Shown piece after piece: positions 47,702-57,290 of a stretch of 64,000 nt of DNA. The position numbers and the translations under genes are program-made. The notes under the pieces are model-generated. The model saw nothing but the letters and a program-made list of their open reading frames with translations, had not been told where the DNA came from and ran no database searches. How positions within the stretch are numbered: position 1 is the stretch's first letter; each line of letters opens with the position of its first letter. The DNA comes from Dehalococcoidia bacterium (GTDB lineage: Bacteria > Chloroflexota > Dehalococcoidia > Lucifugimonadales > UBA3495), in contig JAKUNL010000003.1 of the NCBI GenBank assembly GCA_022451925.1, forward strand, positions 17,939-81,938, in the 5' to 3' direction.

Positions 47702-48610
47702 CTAATCTTGCCGCAGGTGCCCAGGAATCATGAGATTATCTAGGATTCGAGATACCGAGTAGCTGCGATTCAACACGTAGAAGTGAACACCAGGCACACC
47801 CGCATCCCAAAGTTCTCGCACTTGTCCGGTCGCGTACTCTACACCCATATCCCGGGCACTATTATCGTTATCAGCATACTTATCCAAAAGTTTATCCAGA
47901 TCAGGCGGTATATCCGATCCGCAAAGGGAAGTGAAACGGCGAACCTGGCTGGAATTCAAAACGGGCAGCACCCCCGGGATTATTGGAACTTCAATCCCAG
48001 CAGAACGAGCCCGATCAACAAAATCAAAATAGTGTCGATTGTCGTAGAACAACTGAGTGACCAGGAAGTCGGCCCCGTTGTCCACTTTCTGCTTAACGTA
48101 TTGCAAGTCCGAATCAAGATCAACGGACTCCGTATGGCCCTCTGGATAACACGCAGCAGCTACGCCGAAATCAAAGTTTGCCTTTACATGTTCCAACAAG
48201 TCAGAAGCGTGTTGGAAACCACCTTCAACTCCCACGTATTCAGAATCACCCTTAGGGGGATCGCCCCGAAGTGCAATTATATTCTCCACACCCTCTGCGT
48301 CTAAACGTTGAAGAACGCCATGGATCTCTTCTTTGGTTTGGCCAACACAGGTCAAGTGAGCCATGACCTCTACACCAGCTGTCCGTTTGGCTTCAAATGT
48401 TATTTCTTCAGTGAAACCTCGCGTTGAACCACCGGCCCCATAGGTCACTGACACGTAATCGGGGCAATAGGCCTTCAACTCATCCAACGTTTCAAGCACC
48501 GCCGGTATGCCGTCGGCAGCCCGGGGAGGAAAGAACTCGAACGAGACAGGACGTGTATTAGCCAGGATATCTTTTATCTTCAAGCTGGGTATCCAATTTC
48601 TGCTGAACAA
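47702..48610 (-). CDS. metF: Methylenetetrahydrofolate reductase
   Basis: SFEFFPPR, VTYGAGGSTR, ALRGDPP and TQLFYD. The start is a TTG, either at 48610 or an in-frame TTG 9 codons downstream; no ATG is available. Confidence 0.9.
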   Translation of the reverse strand: MFSRNWIPSLKIKDILANTRPVSFEFFPPRAADGIPAVLETLDELKAYCPDYVSVTYGAGGSTRGFTEEITFEAKRTAGVEVMAHLTCVGQTKEEIHGVLQRLDAEGVENIIALRGDPPKGDSEYVGVEGGFQHASDLLEHVKANFDFGVAAACYPEGHTESVDLDSDLQYVKQKVDNGADFLVTQLFYDNRHYFDFVDRARSAGIEVPIIPGVLPVLNSSQVRRFTSLCGSDIPPDLDKLLDKYADNDNSARDMGVEYATGQVRELWDAGVPGVHFYVLNRSYSVSRILDNLMIPGHLRQD

Positions 48611-48758
48611 GGTGAACTGATGGAGAGTTCAGCAAAGTCCGATTCACTAATCAAATTATGGCCCGCAAGCATAGGTCCCCTCGGGTCATCACTCCAAATG
48701 ATAGCACGTTACGGATAGTGGCCAGGTCTTCCAAGTATAAATTCTTCGGGACCCATAT

Positions 48759-49538
48759 CTAAAACTCCGGCTGTCGCTTTTCCAAGAATGCCTTGATTCC
48801 CTCTGCAGGATGGGGGGAAGTGGTCAAAAATCTGGCAAAAGCAAAACTCTCCAGGGCAATGCCATCTTCCATGGACAGGCCCATACCCCGCAAGGTGACG
48901 GACTTGACCAAAGCCAAACCATCTCGACTTTTAGTACGCAAGGGACCAAGTATTAACTCCAGTTCTTCGTCCAATTTTTCCAACGGAGCAGCGCGCAAAG
49001 CCAGGCCCCATTCCACGCCTTCAATCCCAGAAATCCATTTACCGGTGGTCAATAGTTCCATTGCGCGTTGCAGACCAACTCTGCGGGGTAGGCGCTGGGT
49101 GGAACCGCCACCGGGCACAAGACCAAAGTTCACATGTTGGTCTCCAAGGCGGGCATCTTCAGCGACCACTGACATATCACAGGCCATCATCAACTCAAGA
49201 CCTCCCGCTAGGGCAAAACCGTGCACCACGGCAACGGTAGGAAATGGAAGATTCTCTATCTGGCTCAGAGCGTCGTTGATTTGGGTTATGTAGTCAGGCA
49301 GGAGTGTAGGGTCAGCCAGAGCTTTCTGAAAATAAGCCAGGTCGGCTCCAGCGCAGAAAGACCGCCCCTCGCCCCGCACCACCAAAGCCTTGATGGACTC
49401 ATCCCCGCCGACATCAGTCAACGCTAATGATAGCTCCGACAATAAATCGGGACTCAAAGCATTCAAAGAATCTGGCCGGTTCAGCAGAATTGTCGCCACC
49501 CGGTTCGCTTTCTCTAATTTTATGTTGGTATATTCCAC
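48759..49538 (-). CDS. Enoyl-CoA hydratase/isomerase (crotonase) family protein
   Basis: 259 aa with a GTG start and GAGG SD, NRPDSLNAL, GRSFCAGADL and GFALAGGLELMMACD. Confidence 0.88.
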   Translation of the reverse strand: MEYTNIKLEKANRVATILLNRPDSLNALSPDLLSELSLALTDVGGDESIKALVVRGEGRSFCAGADLAYFQKALADPTLLPDYITQINDALSQIENLPFPTVAVVHGFALAGGLELMMACDMSVVAEDARLGDQHVNFGLVPGGGSTQRLPRRVGLQRAMELLTTGKWISGIEGVEWGLALRAAPLEKLDEELELILGPLRTKSRDGLALVKSVTLRGMGLSMEDGIALESFAFARFLTTSPHPAEGIKAFLEKRQPEF

Positions 49539-49966
49539 TGGATATTACCTCAACCAAGTCTGTGCACGGTCGACAACGGACTTAATATACCAGAGTGAAT
49601 TTGCAAACGGCTTGAATATTCGTCTGGCCCATACTTTTCTATTTTGTTTAGCACCTATCATTGAAACTATAATTGGTAAGCCAATATATTCAACCTAAAA
49701 CTTGCAGATACCTGTCCCGCTAACATCCTCTCGAACTAGGTGGGCAGAGTTTATAGCGACACGCCGCGCCTACGAATAACCACGCCACCTATTGGCTGCA
49801 AGGTAAACATCGTCAGCATCACACTGTTGGCAAAACATTGAGAAACAGAAAATCTCAGATAGAAAGCAAACGAGGGAACAACCTCGGATGAAATTGGTAT
49901 CAATAAACTCTTTAGCTGCACAAGAAATCCTCTTCCGAATAAAAGCCACTATCAATAACTAACTTA

Positions 49967-50467
49967 ATGAGGTCTGAAGAAGCTTTGAAAAGAATGAACT
50001 TTGACTGGATTTTACAAAACGAACTGGCCGGATCCCAGGGACCTGCCAGTTTGGAAGACCTCTCGTACCTGCACCACCAGGGAGTTAGGGCAATCATCAG
50101 GATGGAGAAACAAACAATAGCCGCCGACACCGAGAACCTTGTGGATATGGTTGACATGTTCGAGATGGTTCCAGACTTCACGCCTCCTAAATTGGAGCAG
50201 ATTAAGAGAATGATTGCATTCATAGACGAACAGCTCAAGGCAAACCGTCCAGTGACCGTTAGTTGTTACGCAGGAATCGGCCGGACAGGGACAGTGCTGG
50301 CCTGCTATCTGGTTCATCGTGGTGCAATTCCTGATGACGCGATTTATAGAATACGAAAGTTGCGCCCAGGGTCAATTGAGACCCCTGAACAGGAAGAGAC
50401 TGTTTTCCGGTATGCCCGATTGGCTAATTCCCAATCTGACAACTTTATGACAGAACCTGACTGTTAG
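49967..50467 (+). CDS. Cys-based dual-specificity protein phosphatase-like protein
   Basis: 166 aa with the CX5R(S/T) signature VSCYAGIGRTGTVLACYL. Confidence 0.75.
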   Translation: MRSEEALKRMNFDWILQNELAGSQGPASLEDLSYLHHQGVRAIIRMEKQTIAADTENLVDMVDMFEMVPDFTPPKLEQIKRMIAFIDEQLKANRPVTVSCYAGIGRTGTVLACYLVHRGAIPDDAIYRIRKLRPGSIETPEQEETVFRYARLANSQSDNFMTEPDC

Positions 50468-50690
50468 TAACAACGACGGTTTCGAACTTTCTATCATCTG
50501 CACGGTAAATTCATCGGACCCTGACCTATATGAACCTAGATACGAACCTATCCTCCAACTATTCATGGAATCGCCGATTACGCTGTTCACTCTAGGATTC
50601 CTCTGATATATTCAACCAACGATTATGTGTCTTATCTCTCTTTAACGATAAACCCCTTGTTTTCCCGATCTTCCAGCGGAGTTAACCTAC

Positions 50691-51104
50691 TTGGTCCAGA
50701 TTAAACAAAAATTTATCGACGAAATGGTTGCCCACTCCAAGGCTGACCTTCCCAATGAATGTTGCGGTATTCTTGCTGGTCCCGACGGACAGGTGATGAA
50801 GACATACCCCATGTCCAACGTGGAGGCCAGCCCGTTTCGTTTCTCTATGGACCCCGTCGAATTGGTTCAGGTAGATTCCGAGGCGGGCGAGAACGACTGG
50901 GAACTTCTGGCTATTTACCACTCCCATACCGGCAGCGAAGCCTACCCATCCGACACGGACGTTCGAATCGCCGCCGGCACCGCCGGACTCTGGCCGGATG
51001 TCCGTTACGTTCTAGTGTCACTGATGGACATGAACAACCCGGTCGTTCGCATCTTTGAGATATCTGACGGTAGAGTTATTGAAGAGCCACTAGAGGTCGT
51101 CTAA
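50691..51104 (+). CDS. JAMM/MPN+ metalloisopeptidase (Mec+/prokaryotic JAB type)
   Basis: 137 aa with a TTG start, PNECCGILAG, and the complete JAMM motif HSHTGSEAYPSDTD (H-x-H-x7-S-x2-D). Confidence 0.85.
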   Translation: MVQIKQKFIDEMVAHSKADLPNECCGILAGPDGQVMKTYPMSNVEASPFRFSMDPVELVQVDSEAGENDWELLAIYHSHTGSEAYPSDTDVRIAAGTAGLWPDVRYVLVSLMDMNNPVVRIFEISDGRVIEEPLEVV

Positions 51105-51115
51105 TCCGGGCCATT

Positions 51116-53317
51116 ATGCTTCGCTGGTTATTTGTACCCATTATCAGCGTATTCGTCTCCGCCTGTACCAGCGCAGTGCCAACGCCTGCTACGCTGTCCA
51201 TAACAACTGGTGACTCACCCACAACTCTCCCTCCTCTCACCCAATCTTCAAGCCATTTAACACCTGTCCCGTTGCCCACTCTACATACAGACACCACATC
51301 GTGGGTGGAAGAACGACTTGACGCAGTAATCGCTCTGTATCAACCCACCACTGCTGGAGAGGCATTACTACGTAGTATTGACCTCCGGCAAATGAAAGGC
51401 GAGCCCGGTTACTTTGGAAGCTATGGGTTTTCTAAATGGGCTGGGGTTGGTGAAGCTAGCCCCATCGGTGTGATTCATGAGCTGGGCCATTCATATTGGG
51501 GCGGGTTCCCGGTAACGGGACAGCCAAACCTGAGTTGGAAAAGAACCCTGAACAATGGTCTGTCCACAGCGATGCAAGCCTACCATCGGGACATATTGAC
51601 CTTCATGGCACAGCCTCCCGACGACTTTGAGTTGCTTCGGCAGCGCTTGCGAAACCTCCCAAACCTGTCTAGTGACAACCCCGAACCATTATTCCACCAT
51701 CTAGAAGCTGACATACCCTACACCACCGGAGGGAGCCTGAATTTAGTCCCACCAATATTGCGCAAGTATTGGGATAACTTCCTACCAGCCGGGCGTTTTA
51801 TCGATTGGTACGAAGCAGCCGGATGGTTCCAATCCCTATCCAGCGAAAACGTAGCGGCCACTGGCAAGTGGCTGGGATTTGAACACCTAGATCTTCGGCA
51901 ATATCCATCACTGGAACAGGCAGAGCCGACAGAGCCGATACTCGCCGTTGCCAAAAATGTGCTAGATATTGAAGAACGACAACGCCTCCGAGACTTAACC
52001 TACCAATTCGATCTACTTATTGGCGATCCGCAAAACAAAGAGGATTTCGATTTCTGGCGGAGATACCTGCTGGACAAGATTGCCCTCTACAAGACCCATT
52101 CTTCATACCTATTGAGTCTCTCCCACCCACGAGCGGTCGAATTGAATTCCGCCCTAGCATTCCTCTCCAGTCAGACTTCCGGCACTCCTTTAGAAAAATC
52201 ACAGATTTTAGCCGCTCAACTGTCCAAGGAACCATTCTTGGTTAACTTTCTTCCCGCTGTCGACAACCAAGTACTAGTGGAACTCTTCTCCGTAGGCGCA
52301 GAACTCCCCACCGGCGAAACCCTTCAGGCCACTGCCAGCTTCGTAGAACGCCTAAAAGTGTTTAGCTCAAAGGTTGAGTCGGTATTGAACTCCGGAAAGA
52401 TGTCACCCGCCCAGGGAGCCGCCGAGCTTGAGGTCTTCATCAATCAAATTGGTCTCGACCAAACAAACGACCTTAAACTATTCTTTGACCTTTTACGAGA
52501 CAAAGACCCTGAGGCGTGCAAATTAATCACTTCGAACCTCCCAGATAAGGTTATCCGCAGCCTAATGACGCCTGTACCAAATCAGCTCAGAGCAATACTC
52601 GGCCCAGAAGAATTGCTACCTAAACTCGGAATCACGTCTGATGATCTGGAAACTATGAAGACCGGAATTGCCCTATTGATTAACGAGCCTTCAGGCAACT
52701 TTCGAATTGATGAGCCCTTCTTGAAATACCTTTATTGGGTTATGGCCGACAAGTCAAAGAAAGAACCGGGAAAAACAGCACGGATAATGTTAGATACCCC
52801 TTTTCCGCTGGAAGGCTTCATATCCGCCGAACCAGAGGGCACTGCTCGTATATTTGCGGAAAATATAGATATTTCATTGGCATTGATACAAACCAGTGAT
52901 CCATTGCTAGCACCAGCGCCGAGAATCATATACAAGCTCATAAAAGAGAATCCCGGCCAAGCTGCTTACATATTGACCCAGTTATATGAGCAGGATGAAA
53001 TCGATACGATATCTGAAAGCTTAGCCCATCTTGCCTACGACAAAGATAGATTGAAAAGGTCCCCGCAATTGCCGATTTCCATGGAAAGCAACGTAGATTT
53101 CTTAACAAGGCTTCTTGATCTAAAAGGAGAAGATTGGCTGGAGACCAGACTTAGCGAATCAGTGAACCTGTTCAGAATGCGCTCAATCAACGGTGAAGTA
53201 AGCCCGGACTTCCTACTACATTACCGGGAAAGTTTGGAGTTTATAGCGAGCATCGGTAGCAGCAATGAATCAAGGCGTCTGGCTCAGATTATCCGTCACT
53301 CATTTGAGATAGAGTGA
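51116..53317 (+). CDS. Large predicted lipoprotein with a HEXXH zinc-metallopeptidase-like motif; family unknown
   Basis: 733 aa, starting 11 nt after the JAMM gene. It has a signal peptide plus lipobox (MLRWLFVPIISVFVSAC), a Pro/Thr/Ser linker, then IGVIHELGHSYWGG. I recognise no other family. Confidence 0.6.
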   Translation: MLRWLFVPIISVFVSACTSAVPTPATLSITTGDSPTTLPPLTQSSSHLTPVPLPTLHTDTTSWVEERLDAVIALYQPTTAGEALLRSIDLRQMKGEPGYFGSYGFSKWAGVGEASPIGVIHELGHSYWGGFPVTGQPNLSWKRTLNNGLSTAMQAYHRDILTFMAQPPDDFELLRQRLRNLPNLSSDNPEPLFHHLEADIPYTTGGSLNLVPPILRKYWDNFLPAGRFIDWYEAAGWFQSLSSENVAATGKWLGFEHLDLRQYPSLEQAEPTEPILAVAKNVLDIEERQRLRDLTYQFDLLIGDPQNKEDFDFWRRYLLDKIALYKTHSSYLLSLSHPRAVELNSALAFLSSQTSGTPLEKSQILAAQLSKEPFLVNFLPAVDNQVLVELFSVGAELPTGETLQATASFVERLKVFSSKVESVLNSGKMSPAQGAAELEVFINQIGLDQTNDLKLFFDLLRDKDPEACKLITSNLPDKVIRSLMTPVPNQLRAILGPEELLPKLGITSDDLETMKTGIALLINEPSGNFRIDEPFLKYLYWVMADKSKKEPGKTARIMLDTPFPLEGFISAEPEGTARIFAENIDISLALIQTSDPLLAPAPRIIYKLIKENPGQAAYILTQLYEQDEIDTISESLAHLAYDKDRLKRSPQLPISMESNVDFLTRLLDLKGEDWLETRLSESVNLFRMRSINGEVSPDFLLHYRESLEFIASIGSSNESRRLAQIIRHSFEIE

Positions 53318-53360
53318 TATCAAGATTTCCACGGGCTCACCTTTAAAATTCTTATTCTTA

Positions 53361-54356
53361 TTATCCTCCAAGTGATGCCGCAAAAATAACCCCGGTAAAG
53401 TACACTCCAACCATCAGCGCCAACCCCGCCATGCACAAGCCCGGGTTGATTCGCATACGCCCGACGATTAGCACCAGACTTATCACCATCAGCGCCAGCG
53501 CACTCCCACCAGCCACAAAATGAGCCGGCTCAGCTTGATTGATCAATATACCATCGCGATAGAATAGGTCGGAGTAGAACAAAATTGTTGCGTTGAAGCC
53601 ACAGCTACCGAACAACCCTCCAACACCCAAATCTGCCGCCCCCATGCGGGCTGCAGCAACTGTAGAAGACACCTCAGGCATGGAAGTCACCACAGACAAC
53701 AAGAGTATACCCAAAGTGCTGGATGCGACCCCAGTGATGCCTGCTATTTCATCGGCACTCCAGGCAAGAAAAAATCCCGATATGACCACCCCCGCAGAGA
53801 CCAAACCAAAGAGGATCCAAGCTCGCCCCAAACTTATGCTGATAGCCTCATCTGACTCTTCACTTTCCCCAGGTTTGGTTTTGTAGACCAACCACATGCC
53901 GACAATGAAGACCATCAAAAATGCGAAAGATGAAACACCAACCTCCCAAATCGACGCTCCTATCTTCAAACTACCTAGGAAAAGAGCCAACCCTGTCAAT
54001 ACCGCGGCCACAATCACTAGATACTTTTGCTCGGGGGCAACCTTCACCAAGAAGCGTTTACCTCCAAAAACCAACGCGACGGAAGCTAGGATGAACACGT
54101 TCAGCATATTGGAACCCAAAATATCGCCAAGTGCCAACCCTGGGTTAGGTGGATCCAAACGAACCGCCGAGATATTGGTGGATAATTCAGGCAATGACGT
54201 GGCCAAGGCAATCAACAGACTACCAACAAAAAGCCGCCCCAATCCGGTGAGCGAGGCCAGTGCATCACCATACACAGCGAGCTTAGCACCACAAAACATC
54301 ACTGTCCCTGCGCTAGCTAAGAAAACTAATATGGCGACAGATAACTCTTCGCCCAT
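53361..54356 (-). CDS. Ca2+/cation antiporter (CaCA, YrbG-like) family membrane protein
   Basis: 331 aa with two alpha-repeats (ATSLPELSTN...GDILGSNMLNV and VTSMPEVSST...GGLFGSCGFN). Confidence 0.82.
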   Translation of the reverse strand: MGEELSVAILVFLASAGTVMFCGAKLAVYGDALASLTGLGRLFVGSLLIALATSLPELSTNISAVRLDPPNPGLALGDILGSNMLNVFILASVALVFGGKRFLVKVAPEQKYLVIVAAVLTGLALFLGSLKIGASIWEVGVSSFAFLMVFIVGMWLVYKTKPGESEESDEAISISLGRAWILFGLVSAGVVISGFFLAWSADEIAGITGVASSTLGILLLSVVTSMPEVSSTVAAARMGAADLGVGGLFGSCGFNATILFYSDLFYRDGILINQAEPAHFVAGGSALALMVISLVLIVGRMRINPGLCMAGLALMVGVYFTGVIFAASLGG

Positions 54357-54488
54357 GTCGACGTGACCTCTTATAAGGTTAGATTATGCGTGTATGAAGC
54401 CTCGGGAACACCCCCTTTTTGGAGAAGATCTCGAAAGGACTACACCTTCACTTAAACGTAGAACGTTTCCTAAGAACTAAGAAATGAA

Positions 54489-55589
54489 CTAGTTGCCCCT
54501 TTCGATTGCGGCCACGACCAAGTCACCCATCTCAGAAGTGGTAACGTGTTTGTCTTCGCCGATGACCAAATCCGCAGTACGAGCGTTTTGTTCCAGAACC
54601 TTGTCCACTGCCCTTTCAATAGCCGCGGCTTCTTCAGTTAAGCCCAAAGAGTAACGTACCATCAAAGCGACACTCAAAATAGAACCGGTAGGATTGGCGA
54701 TTCCCTTTCCAGCAATGTCCGGTGCTGTGCCATGAATCGGCTCATACAATCCCCCAGAGCGTTGTCCCGCCTCCGGAACGCCCGCCAAACTAGCCGACGG
54801 TAGCAACCCCATGGATGCAGCAAGCATCGATGCCTCGTCGCTAAGAATGTCTCCAAAAGTATTCTCCGCTACGATCACATCGTAATCAGTGGGTTTTTGG
54901 ATCAACTGCATGGCGCAGGCGTCAACAAGCACGTGTTCCAGTTCAACGTCTGGATATTCTTCTCCCAGTCTGGTCGCCACGGTTCGCCACAAGCGAGAAC
55001 ACTCTAGTACGTTGGCTTTATCTACAGAGGCCAGCTTTTTGCGCCGGCCGCGGGCCAATTCAAACCCAACTCGGATCACCCGCTCGATCTCACCCTCGGT
55101 GTAGCGCATAGTGTCTTCTGCCACAATGCCATTAGGCGTCTCACGCCTGCCCCGAGGCTCCGCATAATAGAGGCCACCAGTCAATTCTCGAACAACCACC
55201 ATATCTACGCCGTTAATGACATTGGGCTTGAAGACGCTGGACTCTGCCAGCCAAGAATAAACCTTAACCGGCCTGATGTTAGCAAACACACCCATATGGG
55301 CGCGCATATCCAACAATCCCATCTCCGGTCTCACCTTCGCATCCGGAGAATCCCACTTTGGGCCACCCACCGCGCCAAAAAGAACCGCGTCATTAGAATC
55401 CAACAATTCCCGAGTTTCATCAGTTAGTGGGATTCCGTGTTTATCGATGGAAATCCCACCGATATCACCATAATTGAGATTGAAGCTATGCCCGAATGCA
55501 CGGCCCACGGCTTCCAGGGAACGAACACCCTGTTCTGTCACCTCTGGACCGATGCCGTCGCCACCTAATACGGCGATATTGAACTCCAC
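54489..55589 (-). CDS. leuB: 3-isopropylmalate dehydrogenase
   Basis: 366 aa with a GTG start and AGGAGG SD, IAVLGGDGIGPEV, LFGAVGGPKWD, NTFGDILSDEASM and HGTAPDIAGKGIANP. Confidence 0.93.
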   Translation of the reverse strand: MEFNIAVLGGDGIGPEVTEQGVRSLEAVGRAFGHSFNLNYGDIGGISIDKHGIPLTDETRELLDSNDAVLFGAVGGPKWDSPDAKVRPEMGLLDMRAHMGVFANIRPVKVYSWLAESSVFKPNVINGVDMVVVRELTGGLYYAEPRGRRETPNGIVAEDTMRYTEGEIERVIRVGFELARGRRKKLASVDKANVLECSRLWRTVATRLGEEYPDVELEHVLVDACAMQLIQKPTDYDVIVAENTFGDILSDEASMLAASMGLLPSASLAGVPEAGQRSGGLYEPIHGTAPDIAGKGIANPTGSILSVALMVRYSLGLTEEAAAIERAVDKVLEQNARTADLVIGEDKHVTTSEMGDLVVAAIERGN

Positions 55590-55826
55590 GTGATTCCTCC
55601 TGTCTGGCTAAATTAAATAACGATTGATGCGGCTCAGTCCAAAACTAAACCATTCTTGACGCAAATCCCGACCCAGTATACCCATAAACAATAAGGCCTA
55701 CAAACACGGTATGGTCGCACAATGAGTGTTTCATCTGCCCTAAATTAGCATTCGAATAGTGATATCTGCCTAGTCTGGCAAACCCTTTGGTTTTGCTCTA
55801 AAATCTCACCTAATCTGATCATAAAT

Positions 55827-57266
55827 ATGGCTTCAGAAATGGAATTCAGCGTTTTTTTAAAAGGCCTCCAAAGGATCGTCGGCGAACAGAACGTGGTTTA
55901 CCACTCTGATGATTTACTCGTTTTTGAATACGACGGTTCAATAGATCGACGAGTGCCTGAAGCTGTAGTGTTTCCAAGCAATACCAGAGAAGTGAGCGAG
56001 GTTATATCCCTGGCGTACAGCGTCGGAATCCCAGTTGTGGGCCGCGGAACTGGCACCGGCCTCAGCGGCGGGTCAGTCGCCCCACCAGGTGGTATCCAAA
56101 TTGCCTTCCCACGCATGAACAACATCCTAGAAGTAGATACAGACAACCAAATCGCTCTAGTAGAACCCGGAGTCATCAACCTGCATTTGGACACCCGCGT
56201 CCGAAAAGACAATCTCCGCTACGCTCCAGACCCCTCCAGCCAAAAAGCTTGCAGTCTAGGAGGAAACATCGCCGAGAATTCCGGAGGGCCTCACTGTCTG
56301 GCCTATGGGACCACTACCAACCACGTACTTGGAATGGAAGTCGTGTTGGAAGACGGTTCGATCGTGAACCTCGGTAGCCTGGCCCGCGAGACCATCGGAT
56401 ACGACCTGCGCGGCGTATTCACTGGTTCCGAAGGCACATTTGGAATCGCCACCAAGATTGCTGTGAGACTACTACCGGTTCCGGAGGCGGTGCGAACATT
56501 CCTCGGAATTTTCCCAAACGTGGAATCTGCCTGCACCGCGGTCTCAGCAATCATCGAGCACGGCATAGTTCCCGCGGCTTTAGAGATGATTGACGCTCTC
56601 ACTATCCAAGCTGTCCAAAATGTCAGCGACGCTGGTTATCCAGACGACGCCGGAGCTGTACTGTTAATCGAGCTTGAAGGTCTGAATGACGAAATCATCG
56701 AGATTGGACATGAAGTTGAAGCCGCCCTCTGGGACACGGGAGCAACCCAAGTTCGCACTGCCGAAGCAGCTGAAGAGCGCCAAAAACTCTGGGCTGGCCG
56801 AAACGGTGCTTTGGGAGCTCTAGGGAGTGTCGCGCCGAATTATTTCCTAGTCGACGGCGTGGTTCCACGAACTCAATTGGCTCGCGTTCTAGGAGAGGTG
56901 ACAAAGATCAGTAATAAATACGACATACCGATAGCCAATGTCTTCCACGCAGGTGACGGCAATCTCCATCCCTGCCTCCTCTTCGACGAACGACAGGCTG
57001 GAATGTTGGAACGAGTCATGGAAGCCGGAACCGCCGTATTGCAAGTATGTGTTGACGCCGGAGGTACACTTACCGGCGAACATGGGGTAGGCTTGGAGAA
57101 AAAGGAACAAATGCCATTAGTGTACTCGGATGAAGACATGGCTGCCATGGTCATGGTTAGAGACGCCTTCGCGCCGAATAACACCCTGAACCCCGGAAAA
57201 ATATTCCCGGACGGCGTAAAATCGATACCACAATCCCAACCCACATTCCCTGGCATGCCGGCCTAA
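55827..57266 (+). CDS. glcD: Glycolate oxidase subunit GlcD (FAD-linked oxidase)
   Basis: 479 aa with PVVGRGTGTGLSGG, GYDL..LF.GSEGTFGI and GTLTGEHGVGLEK. Confidence 0.88.
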   Translation: MASEMEFSVFLKGLQRIVGEQNVVYHSDDLLVFEYDGSIDRRVPEAVVFPSNTREVSEVISLAYSVGIPVVGRGTGTGLSGGSVAPPGGIQIAFPRMNNILEVDTDNQIALVEPGVINLHLDTRVRKDNLRYAPDPSSQKACSLGGNIAENSGGPHCLAYGTTTNHVLGMEVVLEDGSIVNLGSLARETIGYDLRGVFTGSEGTFGIATKIAVRLLPVPEAVRTFLGIFPNVESACTAVSAIIEHGIVPAALEMIDALTIQAVQNVSDAGYPDDAGAVLLIELEGLNDEIIEIGHEVEAALWDTGATQVRTAEAAEERQKLWAGRNGALGALGSVAPNYFLVDGVVPRTQLARVLGEVTKISNKYDIPIANVFHAGDGNLHPCLLFDERQAGMLERVMEAGTAVLQVCVDAGGTLTGEHGVGLEKKEQMPLVYSDEDMAAMVMVRDAFAPNNTLNPGKIFPDGVKSIPQSQPTFPGMPA

Positions 57267-57290
57267 CCAGGCTCATTTACACAGGAGTTT

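Noticed and set aside
47783-49293. Plus-strand ORFs of 166-173 aa antisense to metF and the crotonase gene
   Set aside because: They overlap confidently identified minus-strand genes and have no motifs or SD.
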